The notes: generated by a model from the letters alone, not told the origin. A DNA stretch of 64,000 bases from Candidatus Colwellbacteria bacterium (GCA_016176505.1 JACOXB010000006.1:7240-71239), one strand, 5' to 3'. Counted from the stretch's first letter, positions 28,179 through 38,388 are shown. Made by a program: numbers and translations.

Positions 28179-28731
28179 TATTGGCGTCGGAATTTTACTA
28201 TCAATTTTTACAAGCAACTTATTTGGCTTATCACTCACTGGCTCCTTTCTAATTAGCGGTATTATCTTTTCTTTATTCGCGGATATTGATTATATCTTCC
28301 ACCTGATAAAAGGAGGCGACTCAAAGAATGCGTACAAGCATCGGTACCTGCTTCATTACCCGCTTTTATATATTCCAGCGGGGATATTTGTGATTTCATT
28401 TTCTAACCCCGATTTGGCTATATTATTTGGATTTTGTTCTTTTGCGCATTTTCTTCACGACAGCATTGGTATCGGCTGGGGCATTCAGTGGCTTTACCCC
28501 TTCAAGAAAGATCACTATATGTTTCTCTATCGTTATACACCTCCCCATAAAGAGCGACTACCATGGCAAATTATTTATATTTGGAGGCACGACGATATCG
28601 ATGCACTTGCTAGAAAATACGGTGATGAAGATTGGATAAGGAATATTTATTGGCGCTGGCATCCATATGCGATTATCGAATTTTTAACCTTTATAATTGC
28701 CCTTATCGTTCTATATTTTTCTATCAGATAA
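28168..28731 (+). CDS. Membrane metal-dependent hydrolase (YdjM-like)
   Basis: DID, HRYLLH, HFLHD, G..WLYPF. Confidence 0.75.
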   Translation: MLLDIGVGILLSIFTSNLFGLSLTGSFLISGIIFSLFADIDYIFHLIKGGDSKNAYKHRYLLHYPLLYIPAGIFVISFSNPDLAILFGFCSFAHFLHDSIGIGWGIQWLYPFKKDHYMFLYRYTPPHKERLPWQIIYIWRHDDIDALARKYGDEDWIRNIYWRWHPYAIIEFLTFIIALIVLYFSIR

Positions 28732-28912
28732 TACCTGCTCAGTAATCGATTATACCTTTACCAATTTCTTAATCTCTGGTATTAATAATTCAGGAGACAA
28801 CTGGGTCTCATGGATCTTTGAAAGGGGTGAATATTTTGGAGCTTTGGATTATCGTTGTCGGCGCCCTAGTTCTAGTGGTCCTGCTCGCCAATCTCGATCG
28901 AGGAGGTGGCTG

Positions 28913-29164
28913 GTGGCTGTAAGCGAAAGGACCGTGCTGAAGTGGTACATTGGACTCGCGATCGCAGGTCAGGTGGCGCTGGTCCTCGTTGCCGTGGCTG
29001 GGTCTATCGCGACGGTCGTTGTCGGTGCTCACTGGCTTGGTGTGGTAGCGATCCTGCTTTTCGCCGGGTTCTTCTTCGTCATCGTCACGCAGGCCAAGAG
29101 GTGGTGTCGAGGAGAGCTCGCCAAGCTCGACCGTCGAGAAATGAGAGGGATGACCAATGGCTGA
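28913..29164 (+). CDS. GC-rich two-TM hypothetical protein
   Basis: GAGGAGG SD before GTG 28913. Confidence 0.6.
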   Translation: MAVSERTVLKWYIGLAIAGQVALVLVAVAGSIATVVVGAHWLGVVAILLFAGFFFVIVTQAKRWCRGELAKLDRREMRGMTNG

Positions 29165-29420
29165 GACGCGTTCGAGCGAAGCCGTTCGAGCCATAGCCGA
29201 GAGGCATCACAGCCAACGGCGCTCGGGATCCTGGAACAGGCACAGCTCCGGGAAGTTCGACTTCTGTTCGAACGCTGAGTGCGTTCGGATGCGCGCGGCG
29301 ATCAAGGCCCTCGAAGAGCTCGAGGTCGAAGTCGAGCGCCTTAAGGCCGAGATACGCGTACTTCAGCAGGGTTCGAGCATGCCTATGCCCGACCCTAGCG
29401 AGAAAGTGGAAGCGCTGTAG
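29157..29420 (+). CDS. GC-rich hypothetical protein (H/CxxxxC motif plus coiled coil)
   Basis: GAGGG SD, overlaps the upstream ORF end, hairpin terminator at ~29441-29475. Confidence 0.6.
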   Translation: MAETRSSEAVRAIAERHHSQRRSGSWNRHSSGKFDFCSNAECVRMRAAIKALEELEVEVERLKAEIRVLQQGSSMPMPDPSEKVEAL

Positions 29421-29509
29421 GGCGCTTCCCACGCGGCCCCCGGAAGGCCCGCCTTCTGTGGGGCCTTTCCGTTTCTGACTTCTAAAGATTTTAACTCTAT
29501 AATTGACAT

Positions 29510-30922
29510 ATGACCGAGAAACCGCGGGTGCGAGTGAGATTTGCCCCTTCGCCGACTGGTTGGCTTCATATTGGCGGGGCCCGAACCGCGCTTTTTAACT
29601 GGCTTTTTGCCAAATCCCAGAAGGGCGATTTTATTCTCCGAATTGAAGATACGGACAAAGAGCGTTCGAAGCCTGAATTTGAAGAAGATATTAAAACCGG
29701 TTTAACTTGGCTTGGTTTAAACTGGGATGAGCTTTACCGCCAAAGCGAAAGAGTAGAGGATTACCGCCGCTATCTTGAAGATCTGCTGCGCCAAGGCTGG
29801 CTTTATTATTGTTTCTGCACTAAAGAAGAGCTTGAAGCTGAACGCCAGGCCATGATGGCTCAGGGCCTTGCGCCAAAGTATTCTAGCCGTTGCCGCAATC
29901 TTTCAAAAGAAGAAGTTGAGAAAAAATTAGCCCAAGGCGAACCATCGGTTCTGCGTTTTAAAGTTGCCGAAACTAAATTAACTTTTAAAGATTTAATCCG
30001 AGGGAGCATCACTTTTGACACTTCTTTAATCGGCGACATTATTGTGGCCCGCAATTTGGATGAACCGCTTTATAACTTTGCCGTTACGGTTGACGATGCC
30101 CTAATGCGCATCACGCATGTGATCCGCGGCGAAGAACATATTTCGAACACGCCGCGTCAGATTTTACTCGCCAAAGCCATGGGTGCCGAACCGCCGCAGT
30201 TTGCCCACTTGCCCCTGATTCTAAATCCGGATCGGAGCAAAATGTCGAAAAGATTTTCTGATACGGCTCTTCGCGATTACGTTAAAGCCGGCTATACCAA
30301 AGATGCCATGGTTAATTTTCTTACTTATCTAGGCTGGCACCCGAAAGAAGACAAGGACGCGATGACGGCCGAAGAGATTATTAAAGAGTTTGACCTGAAG
30401 CGGGTTCAAAAAGCCGGTGCTATTTTTAGCGTCGATAAGCTCGACTGGCTGAATGCGCATTATTTGAAACAAATGCCGCCTGATGTGTTTATGAAACTAG
30501 CCCAACCCTTTTTGCTAGAGAACTGGAAGTTAAATGAAGCTATGGTTCGGGCTGTCCGCGGCCGGGTTGAAAAACTCGGAGATCTAAAAGAGCTGGTTGG
30601 CTTCTATTTTGAAATGCCGGATTACAAGCCCGAGCTCTTAAAATGGCAGGAGATGACCTTTGAACAAGTGGTCGAGAACCTGGAGAAAGCCTCGGTCTTG
30701 ATTGCCGACCTTAGCGAGGCAAAATTCGAAGAAAAAGCCCTTGAAGATTACTTTTTCGAGCGGATCGGCCGAGAAAATAGGGGCGAAATGCTCTGGCCTT
30801 TGCGGGTGGCTTTGTCTGGAAAAACGGCCTCTCCAGGGCCTTTTGAGATTTTAGCGGCTCTGGGCAAGGAAGAATCCCTGAAGAGGGTTGAAAAAGCTGT
30901 CAGTAAAGCTAAAATAGATTAA
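29510..30922 (+). CDS. gltX: Glutamate--tRNA ligase
   Basis: RFAPSPTG.LHIGG, RIEDTD, KMSKR. Confidence 0.95.
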   Translation: MTEKPRVRVRFAPSPTGWLHIGGARTALFNWLFAKSQKGDFILRIEDTDKERSKPEFEEDIKTGLTWLGLNWDELYRQSERVEDYRRYLEDLLRQGWLYYCFCTKEELEAERQAMMAQGLAPKYSSRCRNLSKEEVEKKLAQGEPSVLRFKVAETKLTFKDLIRGSITFDTSLIGDIIVARNLDEPLYNFAVTVDDALMRITHVIRGEEHISNTPRQILLAKAMGAEPPQFAHLPLILNPDRSKMSKRFSDTALRDYVKAGYTKDAMVNFLTYLGWHPKEDKDAMTAEEIIKEFDLKRVQKAGAIFSVDKLDWLNAHYLKQMPPDVFMKLAQPFLLENWKLNEAMVRAVRGRVEKLGDLKELVGFYFEMPDYKPELLKWQEMTFEQVVENLEKASVLIADLSEAKFEEKALEDYFFERIGRENRGEMLWPLRVALSGKTASPGPFEILAALGKEESLKRVEKAVSKAKID

Positions 30923-30955
30923 GATTTCCCAGACCGACCCGATATATTTCTAAAA

Positions 30956-32260
30956 TTGTCAAAAAAGTATTCAAAATTTGCCCTTCTCTCATTAGTTTTG
31001 CTTGGTGTTTTAGTTTTTGATTTGAGCCCGGTCTCGGCTGAAAAAGAACTGGCCCTTGATGGCGAGGCGATTGATGAATTGAAAGATGTGATTGATTCGA
31101 AAACCCAAGAGCTTCTCGAAATCAATAAAAAAATTGCCGAGACTCAATTAAAAATTACTGAAGTCCAGGGCAAGGGCGATACTATAGAAAACGCCATTGC
31201 CCAGCTTGATTACGAAATCACGCAATTAAATTACGGCATTCGCTCAAGTGAAATCAGCATTGATAAATTAGTGCTTGAACTCGAGTCATTGGGTTATGAG
31301 CTTGGCGATGTGAAGCAAGATATGGCCAAGAAATCGGCTATTGTCGGCGGACTTCTGCGCGAGATGCAGCAAAAAGACCGCGAAGGCTTGCTCGAACTGT
31401 TTTTGCGAAATCAAAGTCTGGCTGACGGCATGTTCGAGTATCAGGGAATTAAAGTGATTCAGGACGATCTTTCAAACGAGGTCTCTGGTTTGGGTCAGAT
31501 TAGGGACCGGTTGGATCAAACAATTAATTTAACTGATCAAAAGAAAACCGGTTTGGAAAATGAGAATGTAACTTTGCGTTCGCGTAAATCCATTGCCGCT
31601 GACCAGCAAGATGAAAAAGACCGACTCTTGGCAATGAACAAAGCTGAGGAAGGTGCTTATCAGACTGCGCTTCAGCAACTGCGGGCCCAGCAGCAGTCAA
31701 TCATGGAAGAGATTAATAGCATTGAAGCGAAGTTGAAAGCCGGGTTCGATACGTCGAAAGCGCCGGTGCGGACCGCTGGCAGATTATCCTGGCCTTTAGG
31801 TGAGGGGGTGGGCCGGATTACTCAGAATTATGGCGAGACGGCTTATGCTTATCAGTTTTATAAAGGCAAACCTCACAACGGCACAGATATTGGTGCGCCG
31901 ATTGGTACACCGGTTTATGCGGCCGCTGACGGCACAGTTGCCCGGGCTGACAACAACGGTCGCTATCAGTACGGCCGCTACATTATGATTGATCACGGCG
32001 GCGGTTTATCAACTCTTTATGCTCATCTTTCCGGGCAAGTGGTTTCCTCTGGTCAGAGCGTGAAAAGAGGGGATTTGATTGGCTATGTCGGCTCAACCGG
32101 CTTCTCCACCGGGCCCCATCTCCACTTTGGCGCTTACGCCACGCCTTCTGGCGGCTGGGGCACTACTGATTCAAGAGAACGGGGCGGCTTTATTTCCCTG
32201 CCGCCAGCCTCAGGTCTGGTGCCGGTTGGTGTCACCTTCGACGCCATGGGCTACCTGTAG
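30956..32260 (+). CDS. EnvC-like coiled-coil M23 peptidase
   Basis: Long coiled coil; HNGTD, YAHL, TGPHLHF. Confidence 0.9.
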   Translation: MSKKYSKFALLSLVLLGVLVFDLSPVSAEKELALDGEAIDELKDVIDSKTQELLEINKKIAETQLKITEVQGKGDTIENAIAQLDYEITQLNYGIRSSEISIDKLVLELESLGYELGDVKQDMAKKSAIVGGLLREMQQKDREGLLELFLRNQSLADGMFEYQGIKVIQDDLSNEVSGLGQIRDRLDQTINLTDQKKTGLENENVTLRSRKSIAADQQDEKDRLLAMNKAEEGAYQTALQQLRAQQQSIMEEINSIEAKLKAGFDTSKAPVRTAGRLSWPLGEGVGRITQNYGETAYAYQFYKGKPHNGTDIGAPIGTPVYAAADGTVARADNNGRYQYGRYIMIDHGGGLSTLYAHLSGQVVSSGQSVKRGDLIGYVGSTGFSTGPHLHFGAYATPSGGWGTTDSRERGGFISLPPASGLVPVGVTFDAMGYL

Positions 32261-32314
32261 GATTGGCGATTATTTGAGATAATATTCGAGATTGATTAGT
32301 GATATAATCAGAAT

Positions 32315-32458
32315 GTGCCTGACTTCAGCCCCATTTTTGATACGCTAAAAGAAATTCTCTCTGCCGGAGCCGTCTTACTTGAAAAACTCGGCCGTTTCTT
32401 CATTGCTTTAATTAATTTAGTGATTGATTTACTCGGAAAGATCGGCGGCAAAGATTAA
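32315..32458 (+). CDS. Small hydrophobic protein (47 aa; not in ORF track)
   Basis: MPDFSPIFDTLKEILSAGAVLLEKLGRFFIALINLVIDLLGKIGGKD; TATAAT 6 nt before GTG. Confidence 0.55.
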   Translation: MPDFSPIFDTLKEILSAGAVLLEKLGRFFIALINLVIDLLGKIGGKD

Positions 32459-32475
32459 AATTTGACATTCTATAA

Positions 32476-33066
32476 ATGGAGGAATTAAACAACGCCGTTG
32501 AAAGCGACGAATTAGTTTTAATTCTTCACGGTGCCTCAAAAGGCATTAATTCAGAACCGGTAACCTCGATTTTTAATCGATTAAAGACAGCGTCGAAGAG
32601 GGTATCTGCGATCGAATTTTCTTTTATTACTAAAAAGACGGATCCTGATCCCGATCAAATCGTTGAAACCGAAGAATTAGAGAATTATTTAAAAGCTCAG
32701 CGCTATAAGAGATTAACAGTCATTGCTCACTCCAATGGCGGCCTCGTGGCATTAGTCGCCACCACTCGAGGCCTCGTTATCAATCACTTAATTCTGCTCG
32801 GTTTAACTTCGGTCACAAAAGAGGGGACTAAGCAAATCATCGCAGAAATAGTTCGGAAGATAACCTCCGAAGGAAATAGGGTAACCATAATACAACCAGA
32901 AAACGATCCCTATTCAACCCCCTTAGAAGTTAAAAACTTTATAAACGAGTTCGATTTAGACGTTGAGCTTTATACCATTCCAGGAGATCATTACTTCAGG
33001 GGAGCCGAGCCTAAACTTTCAGATCTAATATATGAATTAGTATCTGCTACTGAGCATGCTCAGTAG
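32476..33066 (+). CDS. Alpha/beta hydrolase
   Basis: LHG, AHSNGG, NDPY, GDHYF. Confidence 0.8.
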   Translation: MEELNNAVESDELVLILHGASKGINSEPVTSIFNRLKTASKRVSAIEFSFITKKTDPDPDQIVETEELENYLKAQRYKRLTVIAHSNGGLVALVATTRGLVINHLILLGLTSVTKEGTKQIIAEIVRKITSEGNRVTIIQPENDPYSTPLEVKNFINEFDLDVELYTIPGDHYFRGAEPKLSDLIYELVSATEHAQ

Positions 33067-33073
33067 TAGGTTC
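33044..33073 (+). repeat. 30-bp palindromic direct repeat, copy 1
   Basis: CTGCTACTGAGCATGCTCAGTAGtAGGTTC; second copy at 34118-34147. Confidence 0.8.
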
Positions 33074-33129
33074 GATCTAAGAGTGGGATCAATTTCCTGC
33101 CGGTTTGTGGTCTGATATAATTTGCTTAT

Positions 33130-34071
33130 ATGAATATGAAGTTCAAGAAGGCCTTACTTATAAACATCGATGGCCCCGCCCTAGATAAGAAATATTGGGA
33201 AAAGCTCGACCAGCTCATAGATAAAAGAGTTTATCTTCCGAAAGACAGTTCTGATATCGAGAAAGAATTACCAGATACAGATTGCCTGCTTGTTGGTTTC
33301 GGCGTGCCGGTCACCAAAGAGCAGATAGACCGAGCCCCCGATCTTAAATACATAGGCGTTTTAGCTACCGCCTTTGGGAAAATTGATGTCGATTATGCAG
33401 GAAAAAGAAATATTCCTGTTTGTAATCTAGCGGGATATAGTACTGAGTCGGTTGCAGAATTTACAATCGCCGCCATCCTAGAGCACATACGAGGACTCGA
33501 GGAGGGTAAAAAGAGAGGTAGGGAGGGGAAATATCCAGAGGAGGGGATGAGCGCAAAAGAAATAAAAGGTAAAGTATTCGGGATAATAGGCTTAGGAAGC
33601 ATCGGAAGACGAGTCGGAGAGTTAGCGCAAGGTTTTAATGCCGATGTTAGATATTGGTCCAGAAATAAGAAAGAGGTTCCTTTCGGATATCGAGACGCCG
33701 ATTCCCTAATCGCTGAGGCTGATTTTCTGTCTATAAATCTTGCTCAAACACCAGATACAGAGAGCTTCTTAAATAAAAGAAGGCTCGATAGTCTTAAAGA
33801 AGGAGCGGTCGTTATAAACACGACACCGATGGAATTAGTTGATATCGACGCCCTAGCGGAGAAACTTTCTAAAAACGATATAACTTTTATTCTTGATCAT
33901 TCGGACGAAATGAGTAAAGAGGATTTGGCAAAGCTTTCTAAATACGAAAACTGTATTATTTATCCTCCTATTGCTTATATAACAGGAGAGGCCCGGATCA
34001 ATAAACAAGAACTGTTTATCAGTAATATTCAGAGCTTCCTCAGTGGTAAACCCACGAATAAAGTTAACTAG
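33130..34071 (+). CDS. D-2-hydroxyacid dehydrogenase-like NAD-binding protein
   Basis: ESVAEF, GIIGLGSIG; catalytic Arg/His positions appear substituted. Confidence 0.8.
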   Translation: MNMKFKKALLINIDGPALDKKYWEKLDQLIDKRVYLPKDSSDIEKELPDTDCLLVGFGVPVTKEQIDRAPDLKYIGVLATAFGKIDVDYAGKRNIPVCNLAGYSTESVAEFTIAAILEHIRGLEEGKKRGREGKYPEEGMSAKEIKGKVFGIIGLGSIGRRVGELAQGFNADVRYWSRNKKEVPFGYRDADSLIAEADFLSINLAQTPDTESFLNKRRLDSLKEGAVVINTTPMELVDIDALAEKLSKNDITFILDHSDEMSKEDLAKLSKYENCIIYPPIAYITGEARINKQELFISNIQSFLSGKPTNKVN

Positions 34072-34117
34072 GTGTATTCCGAGGGAGGGCTAAGCCATTC
34101 CTATTCGAATGTCCATC

Positions 34118-34147
34118 CTGCTACTGAGCATGCTCAGTAGCAGGTTC
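34118..34147 (+). repeat. 30-bp palindromic direct repeat, copy 2
   Basis: CTGCTACTGAGCATGCTCAGTAGcAGGTTC. Confidence 0.8.
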
Positions 34148-34173
34148 AGTAGCAATCCTCTAAGATATTAGAG

Positions 34174-34347
34174 ATGGTAAAGAAACCTCATATCCGAAAA
34201 CTCACCCGCATGGGCGGCGGCCGCTCGCTCGGTCTCGTCCTCCCCGCCGATTTAGTCCGCGACCTCAACTGGCGCGAACGCCAAAAAGTCGTGGTCAAGA
34301 AGGTCGGGAAAAGGATAGTCGTCGAGGATTGGCCAGTTCGAGAGTGA
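34174..34347 (+). CDS. AbrB/MazE/SpoVT-family DNA-binding protein (57 aa; not in ORF track)
   Basis: MVKKPHIRKLTRMGGGRSLGLVLPADLVRDLNWRERQKVVVKKVGKRIVVEDWPVRE. Confidence 0.75.
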   Translation: MVKKPHIRKLTRMGGGRSLGLVLPADLVRDLNWRERQKVVVKKVGKRIVVEDWPVRE

Positions 34348-34359
34348 GGGGGTAATTTC

Positions 34360-35313
34360 ATGAAAAAACCATCATCAAATAAAAGCCTACATAAAGCAAA
34401 AGATATCAAGAATGATGAATTTTATACTCGTTTTGATGATATTCAGGCAGAACTAAATTTTTATAAAGACCAGTTTAAAGGCAAAGTAATTTACTGTAAT
34501 TGCGATGATCCGGCCGAAAGCGCCTTCATTGATTTTTTCAAATTGAATTTCGATTACTTAGGTATTAAAAAGTTAATTGGTACTCGCTATCAAAAATCAA
34601 ACCTCTTTTTGTTTGCCGACCCTGCTAGACGGAACGGTTATAGGTTAGAAATAACAGCGAAAAATAAAGACGACAAAAAACCCGTCAAAATAAATTTGAA
34701 AGGAGACGGTGACTTTCGTTCGCCGGAATGCATTGAGTTATTAGAAGAGGCGGACATTGTTATTACTAACCCGCCGTTTTCACTGTTTCGTGAATATGTC
34801 GCTCAATTGATGAAATACAATAAAAAGTTTTTGATAATTGGAAACGATAACGCCATTAAATATAAAGGGATTTTTGAGCTAATAAAAGAAAATAAAGTAT
34901 GGCTTGGTTACACTAGAGCTAAGGAGTTTTATAGACCAGACGGCTCAACACAAAAATTTGGCAATGTTGGTTGGTATACTAATTTAGATGTTAAAAAGCG
35001 ACATGAAGAGTTGTTTTTGTATAAAACATACAAAGACAATAAAAAAGATTACCCAAAATATGATAATTATGACGCAATTGAAGTCTCAAGAATAAAGAAC
35101 ATACCAATGGATTATGAAGGATCAATGGGTGTTCCAATTACTTTCTTAAACAAGCACAACCCTGGGCAATTTGATATTATTGATCTACTAAATAGATATA
35201 CCTTGCTTGATACGCAAAAGACAAATGAAGATGTTAGAGCAAGACATTCCCACACTTGTAATATAAACGGTAAGGCCGTCTATTCTAGGATCGTGATTAA
35301 AAGAAAAAAATAA
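34360..35313 (+). CDS. Adenine-specific DNA methyltransferase, EcoRI family
   Basis: KNDEFYT, YCNCDDP, GDGDFRS.EC, TNPPFSLFREY, MGVPITFL. Confidence 0.9.
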   Translation: MKKPSSNKSLHKAKDIKNDEFYTRFDDIQAELNFYKDQFKGKVIYCNCDDPAESAFIDFFKLNFDYLGIKKLIGTRYQKSNLFLFADPARRNGYRLEITAKNKDDKKPVKINLKGDGDFRSPECIELLEEADIVITNPPFSLFREYVAQLMKYNKKFLIIGNDNAIKYKGIFELIKENKVWLGYTRAKEFYRPDGSTQKFGNVGWYTNLDVKKRHEELFLYKTYKDNKKDYPKYDNYDAIEVSRIKNIPMDYEGSMGVPITFLNKHNPGQFDIIDLLNRYTLLDTQKTNEDVRARHSHTCNINGKAVYSRIVIKRKK

Positions 35314-35316
35314 ACT

Positions 35317-36426
35317 ATGGATACGATACATCAACGAATAAAAGTAAAAGATGTTTTTAATGGCTACCTAGATAAAGATTGGGACGGCGTTGTCGGTTAT
35401 GGCGGAAAATTAGATATTCGCCCAATTTACCAGCGTGAGTTTATCTACAACCCAGAAAATGAGCGAGCGGTTATAGACACAATTTTGAAGGAGCATCCGC
35501 TAAATCTGATGTATTGGGTCAAAAATAAGAACCACAATTTTGAATTATTGGATGGGCAACAGCGAACCTTGTCAATTTGCCGTTTTCTTGATCATAAATA
35601 TCACATTGAACTCAACGGAGAAAAAAGATATTGTGATACATTATTGAAGGAAGATTTGGATAAAATAAAAAATTACGAACTAGATGTCTATATTTGCGAA
35701 GGAAAAGAAAAAGAAATTTTAGAATGGTTTAAAACCATAAATATTAAAGGTAAAGAATTAAACCCTCAAGAATTATTAAACGCCACTCATACAGGAACTT
35801 GGCTTACCGACGCAAAAAGGTATTTTAGCAAGCCAAATTGTGCCGCCAAGGGTTTGGGAGAAGATTATATTAACGCAAGCGTGGAACGACAGGAATTTTT
35901 AGAAACCGCTTTGAAATGGATAAACAATGGAGACGCGCAAGGTTATATGGCGATTCACAGAAACGACGCGAACGCAAAAGAACTACAAGATTATTTTGCT
36001 AATGTAATTAAATGGATTAAAAAAACTTTTACTACCCATCGCAGAGAAATGAAAAATGTGAACTGGGGCGAGCTATATAATCAATTCAAGGATGTGAAGC
36101 TTGATGCCGGTAAATTGGAGAAAGAAATTGCCAAACTGATGGAGGACGAAGAAATTGGTGATCAAAAAGGAATTTATGATTATGTCTTGACGAGAAATGA
36201 GCGAAGCTTGAATCTGCGAACTTTTGACGAAAAAACCAAACGCCGAACTTACGAAAAACAAAAAGGAATTTGTCCACATTGTAAGGGAGAGAATAAGAAA
36301 AAGAAATGGAAATTTGAGGAAATGGAAGGTGATCATAAAAAACTTTGGAGCGAGGGAGGAAAAACAATCCCAGAAAATTGCCAAATGTTATGCAAGGACT
36401 GTCATCGAGAAAAATCTGGAAAATAA
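35317..36426 (+). CDS. DUF262 (GmrS-like) plus C-terminal HNH endonuclease
   Basis: YQREF, LLDGQQR, F..IN..G..L; CPHC...DH...W..GG....NCQMLC..CH. Confidence 0.85.
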   Translation: MDTIHQRIKVKDVFNGYLDKDWDGVVGYGGKLDIRPIYQREFIYNPENERAVIDTILKEHPLNLMYWVKNKNHNFELLDGQQRTLSICRFLDHKYHIELNGEKRYCDTLLKEDLDKIKNYELDVYICEGKEKEILEWFKTINIKGKELNPQELLNATHTGTWLTDAKRYFSKPNCAAKGLGEDYINASVERQEFLETALKWINNGDAQGYMAIHRNDANAKELQDYFANVIKWIKKTFTTHRREMKNVNWGELYNQFKDVKLDAGKLEKEIAKLMEDEEIGDQKGIYDYVLTRNERSLNLRTFDEKTKRRTYEKQKGICPHCKGENKKKKWKFEEMEGDHKKLWSEGGKTIPENCQMLCKDCHREKSGK

Positions 36427-36516
36427 TACGAACGGGGGAGATAGTAAGGGAGATTAAAATTGTTGAGAGCGGGTCAGATTGATGGGGGAAGAGGTAGGGT
36501 TTAGAATAAGGTCATC

Positions 36517-37542
36517 ATGGAACGCAAAACATTAATTCAACAAATAGAGGGATTAAGGAGCTCCAAGGTAATCACTTATATCACTAGCGATCGGCAGGGG
36601 CCGGTGAGCGCTAAAGTGGCTATGGATATCATTCCCGTCATGAGCCGACAGCTTCGAGATATCGGAAAAACCGAAAACATCGATTTATTTCTTTATAGTA
36701 CGGGGGGAGATACTATGGTGCCGTGGCGTTTGGTCTCTATGGTCAGGGAATACTGCGAGAAGTTTTCCGTACTAATACCATACAAAGCCCATAGTGCGGC
36801 AACTATGATTGCGCTCGGGGCGGATGAAGTAGTGATGAGCGATCTCTCTGAGCTGTCACCGATCGATCCGTCAACGGCAAACGTTTTTAACCCAATCGAT
36901 CCAAAAAATCCGCAGAATAGAGTTGCCATCTCCGTCGAAGACGTAATGGCCTATTTCGATCTAGTTAAAAACAAATTTGGGGTGAAAAACGACGAGGACC
37001 TCACTAAAGTCTTCGTAAAGTTTATCGAGTCGAACCCTCAGATTCACCCTCTAGCACTAGGTAACGTAAATCGTATCCATAATTTAATTCGTATTCTTGC
37101 GCAGAGGCTTCTAAAAAGCCACAGGTCGCCCATGAAAGAGGAAGAAATAAATAAAGTGGTTGATTACTTTACGGAAAAACTTTACTCACACCAATACTTT
37201 ATCGGTCGCAAAGAAGCCAAAGAAGATCTGGGGCTAAAAACGGTAGTTTTTGCTGATAGCGCACTTTCTAAAGCGATGACCGATCTTTACGGAGAATATG
37301 AGAAAGAAATGGAACTCGGTGTAATATGGAATCCGGAAAATGAGCTCGGCCTAAACGCTGCACAGAATAGAAAAACATATAAGATTGCCTTTATTGAGGG
37401 CAACCAACCCTCGAATTATTTTGAACTTGAAGTCGAATATCGCAGGCAGCAGATGAATGTAGCCCAACAAACTCCTCAAGGCTCGATCCAGGTTCCGCAA
37501 GAACAGGTTATTTGGCGGGTTGTCGGCCAGGGGTGGAGATAA
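36517..37542 (+). CDS. SDH-family Clp-fold serine protease
   Basis: LFLYSTGG, AHSAATMIALGAD, LSPIDP, YSH. Confidence 0.8.
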   Translation: MERKTLIQQIEGLRSSKVITYITSDRQGPVSAKVAMDIIPVMSRQLRDIGKTENIDLFLYSTGGDTMVPWRLVSMVREYCEKFSVLIPYKAHSAATMIALGADEVVMSDLSELSPIDPSTANVFNPIDPKNPQNRVAISVEDVMAYFDLVKNKFGVKNDEDLTKVFVKFIESNPQIHPLALGNVNRIHNLIRILAQRLLKSHRSPMKEEEINKVVDYFTEKLYSHQYFIGRKEAKEDLGLKTVVFADSALSKAMTDLYGEYEKEMELGVIWNPENELGLNAAQNRKTYKIAFIEGNQPSNYFELEVEYRRQQMNVAQQTPQGSIQVPQEQVIWRVVGQGWR

Positions 37543-37551
37543 GGAATACCT

Positions 37552-37974
37552 ATGTCGACCATTAAACCAAAAATAAATTACGCCTTTCTATGTGATTATG
37601 CCTTTATTAGTGGGGGCGATAAGTTAAATATTATCGGGATTTTTAAAAACATAAACACGCAGAATCTTCCAGCTCAACACCCTTTGATGTTTGTGGTTAC
37701 TAGTATAGCCGTGGCGACTAAGGGTAACTTTAAAGTAAATATCAAATTTGTTCGCCGGCTAGATAATGTGGAGATAATCCCGCCCCTAGATTTCGATATT
37801 TCCATGGTTTCAGATGAGGGATCTAGAGAGGGGGAACTTGGCGTAATAGGTCAAATTGCAAATCTAAAATTCGAGGAAGCCGGGATGTACGATGTCCTAG
37901 TTCTTGTTAACGGAGAGAACATAGGAAGTTTGCCTCTCCAAGTACTCCATTTAAAGAAAAATGCCGCGAAATAA
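37552..37974 (+). CDS. DUF6941-like beta-sandwich protein
   Basis: LCDYA....KLNIIGIF...F...G.Y. Confidence 0.7.
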   Translation: MSTIKPKINYAFLCDYAFISGGDKLNIIGIFKNINTQNLPAQHPLMFVVTSIAVATKGNFKVNIKFVRRLDNVEIIPPLDFDISMVSDEGSREGELGVIGQIANLKFEEAGMYDVLVLVNGENIGSLPLQVLHLKKNAAK

Positions 37975-38344
37975 AAAAGCGGAGAAGCCGAAATCATCAT
38001 TTCAATTTCTGGCAACAGAGAGTGAGTCGACTGGTGATATAACGCCGCTGGAAAAACGAGTAAGTCCTATCGAGATCAGGGTTGGGCAACTCGAGGTAAA
38101 ACTAGAGGCGCTAGAAGAACGACTGAAAGGCGAACGAGCTCTAAAATTATGGGTGATAGGTACCGTACTAGCGATTGTTGCAGGCATTTTCGGGGCCCTT
38201 ACGATATACATCAATTTAACCAAAGATTCACAGGACTCATACCGAGAGCTTCAGAATAATTATTACGAGAAACTACTGGAGCTAAGGAAAGATATTTTAT
38301 CAGAGAAAAACGCTAGCTCTCAACCACCTCAAAGCGCTAAGTGA
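37961..38344 (+). CDS. Coiled-coil single-TM protein
   Basis: Overlaps upstream gene; one TM. Confidence 0.65.
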   Translation: MPRNKKAEKPKSSFQFLATESESTGDITPLEKRVSPIEIRVGQLEVKLEALEERLKGERALKLWVIGTVLAIVAGIFGALTIYINLTKDSQDSYRELQNNYYEKLLELRKDILSEKNASSQPPQSAK

Positions 38345-38388
38345 GCAGGATCCTCGGACAGCCGTAATTTAATTGAGAAATAAAATTT

